From Eledone cirrhosa (taxonomy: Eukaryota), in the NCBI GenBank assembly GCA_964016885.1, contig CAXHJY010000353.1, positions 1-64,000 of the forward strand: a stretch of 64,000 nt of DNA. The letters run 5' to 3'. The translations under genes and the position numbers were made by a program. The notes below the pieces were generated by a model that did not search any database, had not been told where the DNA came from, and saw only the letters and a list, made by a program, of their open reading frames with translations. Positions 58,309 to 64,000 of this stretch are shown one piece after another (positions within the stretch are counted from its first letter, which is position 1; the number at the start of each line of letters is the position of its first letter).

Positions 58309-59719
58309 AACATGCATACATGCATACCTACCTACATAAATAAATACACATACGCACACACACACATATATATATATGCAAACATACATACATGCATACC
58401 TACCTACATAAATACACATACGCACACACACACACATATATGTATATGACCCCACTCTCGCTCTGTATGATTTTCTCTATTTTTCTTTGTGTTAATGTTT
58501 TAGCAGATCAAGGCTGTTGTTATGTGTACGACGGTTGTTTGCTTAAGCAATCGACATTATCTAAGAGCGATATAAATTAATATTCACCACAATAATCGTT
58601 GACTTTAACGTATTAATGATTAATTGCTATCAAGATAGACGTAGCTAGCTTCTCGTCATTCATACTGCTATGTTACTTAAGTAAACATCACGAAAATTGA
58701 AGAGGAAGAATCGAATAAATATGAGATATCAAACATATTGTGAAATTAAGCGGCGCTACTATTAAGCTCAACTAGGTGGCCACCTAGGGCGCAGATCACA
58801 TAAAGGCATATGACTGAAATTTAAAGGATCACAGTATGATAAAATTACAATTCTTGATATATTTCCTACGAGCGATCAATACATATCTAAATATCTTAGC
58901 CACGTAGCTGCTGTCGAAACGACCGGAGCTCAGCCGTCGGGGTCCTGAATTTGTTCATATTACCCACTCTACTACTCCAAGTATCGTGTATTCGGGTACG
59001 TTATCGTCGAGCTGGTTTTTACCACACCCTATCTGATTATATATATATAATTAAGCGGCGCTCCTATTAAGCTCAAACTAGGGCGCAGACCTGAAATTTA
59101 AATGATCACAGCATGATAAAATTTAAATATATAATATATTTCCTGCGAGCGATAAATACATCGCTAAATATCTTTGCCACGTAGCAAAAGTTGTGGAAAT
59201 ATGCAAACAGTTCTGAATGGTAGTATGGTGTCATGATCTGTTACATGATTTGGCGTAGGTTAGTCTGAATTGTGTAGTGGGGGAAATGTAGGCTTATTAA
59301 TTATCTTTGTATGGTCCGAGCAATATGTGTCAAAAACGATGTTCTTCCACTGTAAGTTGAAAGGATTTATTTGTAGCAATGGAACGCAAGTAGTAAAGCT
59401 ACTTACTCTAATGACGCTGGGGGTAGGCAGTGATTGGAGATATGCGAACCTTAGAGTCTCTGACGATACACCTTACACTGTGGTGGGTGGAAACTCTCAA
59501 GAGAGCAGAAGGTCTTCAGAGAAAAATCCCCACCCCCCACACACACACACACTGAAGCAAATGTTTCGGCCCTTAACGTCTAACGAAGGGAGGGGGGGGG
59601 GCGTACTTTGTAAAGCTACTCGAAGGCGTAAAATACACTGGGGTTGGCTGTGATTGAGAATTTACGAATCTTAGTGTACATAGTATTTAAATACTTCCTT
59701 TTATATCCTGAGTGTTGAT

Positions 59720-59932
59720 ATTGGTTTCTGATTTAGGCACAAGGCCAACAATTTTGGTGGAGGGGAAAGTCAGCTAAATCGACCCCAGTGCTTTATTGGT
59801 ACTTTATTATATGGATTCCGTAAGGATGAAAGGCAAAGCTAACCTCGGCGGGATTTGAACTAGAATGTAAAGTGATTTGATTATGTGCAGCAAAGCATGT
59901 TGTCCGACGCTCTACCAATACTGCCAATCCAT
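59720..59932 (-). mobile_element. SINE family A
   Basis: Reverse-complement family A core. Confidence 0.75.
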
Positions 59933-60278
59933 TTCCCTAAAGTACAAATAAGGATGGTAGCATCAATATCAAATGTGGTAGCAAAAGTACCGTTACCAGC
60001 AACACCAACTGCTGTTTCCCAGACATATACCATTACCAAATCAGTAGAAAGTACGTTAAAGAAGGATGCTAATCACAGCAGAAGTGTCAATAGGGTCAGT
60101 AACAAAATAGAAGCTTTCGGTCCCACTACCTAACCATTACAGCACCACCATCATCAGCAACATCATCATCATCATCATCATCTTTGTCATCTTCAAGATA
60201 ATGCTCATAATCATGAACAACTTCATCATCCTCATCGTCATCATCATTACCACCTTCGCATAATTATGATCATCATTA

Positions 60279-60760
60279 TTATCATCTTCACCAGTAGAGT
60301 TACGTCCCTTTACGGTCTGAGTTCAAATGCCGTCGAGGTTAACTTTGCCTTTCATCCTTACGGGGGTCGATAAAATAAAGTACCAGTAATGTACTGGGAT
60401 AATTGCTGGCCTTGTGCCTAACGTAGAAACAATTATTATCATCTTCACCAGTAGAATTACGTCCCTTTACGGTCTGAGTTCAAATCGCGTCGAGGTTATC
60501 TTTGCCTTTCATCCTTACGGGGGTCGATAAAATAAAGTACCAGTAATACACTGGGATAATTGCTGGCCTTGTGCCAAAAGTAGAAACAATTATTATCAGC
60601 TTCACCAGTAGTGTTACGTCCCTTTACGGTCTGAGTTCAAATCGCGTCGAGGTTAACTTTGCCTTTCATCCTTACGGGGGGTCGATAAAATAACGTACCA
60701 GTAATATACTGGGATAATTGCTGGCCTTGTGCCAAAAGTAGAAACAATTATTATCATCTT
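60279..60760 (+). repeat. Tandem triplication (~156 bp) of a 5'-truncated SINE A plus flank
   Basis: The unit ttatcatcttcaccagtag..ttacgtccc...gtagaaacaa occurs three times. Confidence 0.85.
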
Positions 60761-60879
60761 CACCATAATCATCATTATGATCATCCTCATCATCTTCATA
60801 ATAAGCATCATTACCAACCACCATCATCACCATCACCATCATTATCATCATCATTTTCCCCCATCATCGTCATCACCAT

Positions 60880-63150
60880 CCTCACCATCAACATCATCAT
60901 TATCATCACCATCCTCAGCAACCACCATCATCAGCATCAACATTTTCCCTATAATAGTCATCACCATCCTCACCATCAACATCATCATTATCATCACCAT
61001 CACCATCCTCAGCAACCACCATCATCACCATCAACATTTTCCCTATAATAGTCATCATCACCATCCTCACCATCAACATCATCATTATCATCACCATCAC
61101 CATCCTCAGCAACCATCATCATCACCATCAACATTTTCCCTATAATAGTCATCACCATCCTCACCATCAACATCGTCATTATCATCACCATCCTCATCCT
61201 CAGCAACCACCATCATCACCATCAACATTTTCCCTATAATAGTCATCACCATCCTCACCATCAACACCATCATTATCATCACCATCACCATCCTCAGCAA
61301 CCATCATCATCACCATCAACATTTTCCCTATACTAGTCATCACCATCCTCACCATCAACATCGTCATTATCATCACCATCCTCATCCTCAGCAACCACCA
61401 TCATCACCATCAACATTTTCCCTATAATAGTCATCACCATCCTCACCATCAACATCATCATTATCATCACCATCACCATCCTCAGCAACCATCATCATCA
61501 CCATCAACATTTTCCCTATAATAGTCATCACCATCCTCATCATCATTATCATCACCATCACCATCCTCAGCAACCATCATCATCACCATCAACATTTTCC
61601 CTATAATAGTCATCACCATCCTCACCATCAACATCATCATTATCATCACCATCACCATCCTCAGCAACCACCATCATCACCATCAACATTTTCCCTATAA
61701 TAGTCATCACCATCCTCACCATCAACATCATCATTATCATCACCATCACCATCCTCAGCAACCACCATCATCACCATCAACATTTTCCCTATAATAGTCA
61801 TCACCACCATCCTCACCATCAACATCATCATTATCATCACCATCACCATCCTCAGCAACCATCATCATCAGCATCAACATTTTCCCTATAATAGTCATCA
61901 CCATCCTCACCATCAACATCATCATTATCATCACCATCACCATCCTCAGCAACCACCATCATCACCATCAACATTTTCCCTATAATAGTCATCACCACCA
62001 TCCTCACCATCAACATCATCATTATCATCACCATCACCATCCTCAGCAACCATCATCATCAGCATCAACATTTTCCCTATAATAGTCATCACCATCCTCA
62101 CCATCAACATCATCATTATCATCACCATCACCATCCTCAGCAACCACCATCATCACCATCAACATTTTCCCTATAATAGTCATCATCACCATCCTCACCA
62201 TCAACATCATCATTATCATCACCATCACCATCCTCAGCAACCATCATCATCACCATCAACATTTTCCCTATAATAGTCATCACCATCCTCACCATCAACA
62301 TCGTCATTATCATCACCATCCCCATCCTCAGCAACCACCATCATCACCATCAACATTTTCCCTATAATAGTCATCACCATCCTCACCATCAACATCATCA
62401 TTATCATCACCATCACCATCCTCAGCAACCATCATCATCACCATCAACATTTTCGCTATAATAGTCATCACCATCCTCACCATCAACATCATCATTATCA
62501 TCACCATCACCATCCTCAGCAACCATCATCATCACCATCAACATTTTCCCTATAATAGTCATCACCATCCTCACCATCAACATCATCATTATCATTACCA
62601 TCACCATCCTCAGCAACCACCATCATCACCATCAACATTTTCCCTATAATAGTCATCATCACCATCCTCACCATCAACATCATCATTATCATCACCATCA
62701 CCATCCTCAGCAACCACCATCATCACCATCAACATTTTCCCTATAATAGTCATCATCACCATCCTCACCATCAACATCATCATTATCATCACCATCACCA
62801 TCCTCAGCAACCACCATCATCACCATCAACATTTTCCCTATAATAGTCATCACCATGGTCACCATCAACATCATCATTATCATCACCATCACCATCCTCA
62901 GCAACCACCATCATCACCATCAACATTTTCCCTATAATAGTCATCATCACCATCCTCACCATCAACACCATCATTATCATCACCATCACCATCCTCAGCA
63001 ACCATCATCATCAGCACCATCAACATTTTCCCTATAATAGTCATCACCATCCTCACCATCAACATCATCATTATCATCACCATCACCATCCTCAGCAACC
63101 ACCATCAGCACCATCAACATTTTCCCTATAATCGTCATCACCATCCCCAC
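60880..63150. repeat. ~94-bp minisatellite built from (cat/cac) triplets with a fixed ttttccctataatagt core, ~24 units
   Basis: Direct periodicity of 94/97 bp. Confidence 0.95.
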
Positions 63151-63627
63151 CATCCCCACCACCACCACCACCACCACCACCACCATCGTCCTATGGTAAT
63201 AACTACAAGTAGCAACAGCAGCAGTAGTAGTTGCAGAAGTAATGACACTAATATCAGCACCATTTTTTTCCGGTCAGCCACTACTGCCGTTTCAGCAAAA
63301 AAAAAAAAAAATTACAAAACAAAAGGACTTAGTATGGCTGGCATCTATAATTACTACCATACCCTTTTCTTCCCTCTATCATGGAACATTTGGTTCCTCT
63401 GTTGTTCGATGTCTAACCCTATTGGTAGTGAATCCTAAGAGGCAGTTTAATAACTAGCACACTTCACTATAACACAGCTACACATCCGTCTCAATCCCTA
63501 TCAAAACAAAACAGGTTCCTTTCCATCGCTTTTATATGCCTATTTAGTGTGGGTTGCTGGCACACTTCATTCTCCATTAACACGCATATTTCATGTGTGC
63601 ACGTACACACAAAGGCACACATACAGG

Positions 63628-63669
<42 letters not shown>

Positions 63670-63695
63670 CAAATATATATATGTATGTTTATAAG

Positions 63696-63773
<78 letters not shown>

Positions 63774-64000
63774 TGCACATTTATATATCCCCCCAAAAAA
63801 TATATAGTATGTATGTATATTATATATATATACACCCACACACATATATATATACACACACACACACACATATATATATATACAAACACACACATATATA
63901 TATATACACACACACACATATATATACACACACATATATATATATACACACACACATACACATATACACACACATATATACACACACACACACACATATA

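Noticed and set aside
59456-59512. CTGACGA...GAAACTCTCaaGAGAGC hammerhead-like motif
   Set aside because: The conserved U before the cleavage site is missing and stem II is weak; at most a relic.
60880-63150. CRISPR-like or coding interpretation of the 94-bp array
   Set aside because: The whole unit repeats with no unique spacers, the period is not a multiple of 3, there are no cas genes, and the context is eukaryotic.

Overview
AT-rich, repeat-saturated eukaryotic DNA. The (TA)/(CA) microsatellite density and SINE types suggest a mollusc, probably an octopod cephalopod (inference). I recognise no intact host gene, and nearly all listed ORFs are microsatellite artefacts. The dominant structure is an ~11 kb near-perfect palindrome (arms 45624-51091 and 51121-56582, 29-bp spacer). 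It consists of two head-to-head, 5'-truncated copies of a Penelope-like retroelement (PLE) with intact RT plus C-terminal GIY-YIG ORFs, probably Hydra clade (DKT and CxCx5C motifs), inserted in a TA/CA microsatellite. About 3.1 kb downstream of each ORF, past a microsatellite-rich 3' region, I find a type I hammerhead ribozyme with a 10-bp stem I, a palindromic stem III and an unusually long (~116 nt) stem II. Only the right copy carries a further ~130-nt tail. The same design (TA tract, inverted tailless copy, forward hammerhead copy, often a tail, TA tract) recurs in miniature in several unrelated sequence families across the window, with at least five distinct minimal hammerhead families. 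Also present: 22-, 30- and 94-bp minisatellite arrays, deleted Tc1/mariner elements and MITEs, a non-autonomous Helitron, many tRNA-derived SINEs, RTE fragments and an older decayed PLE.
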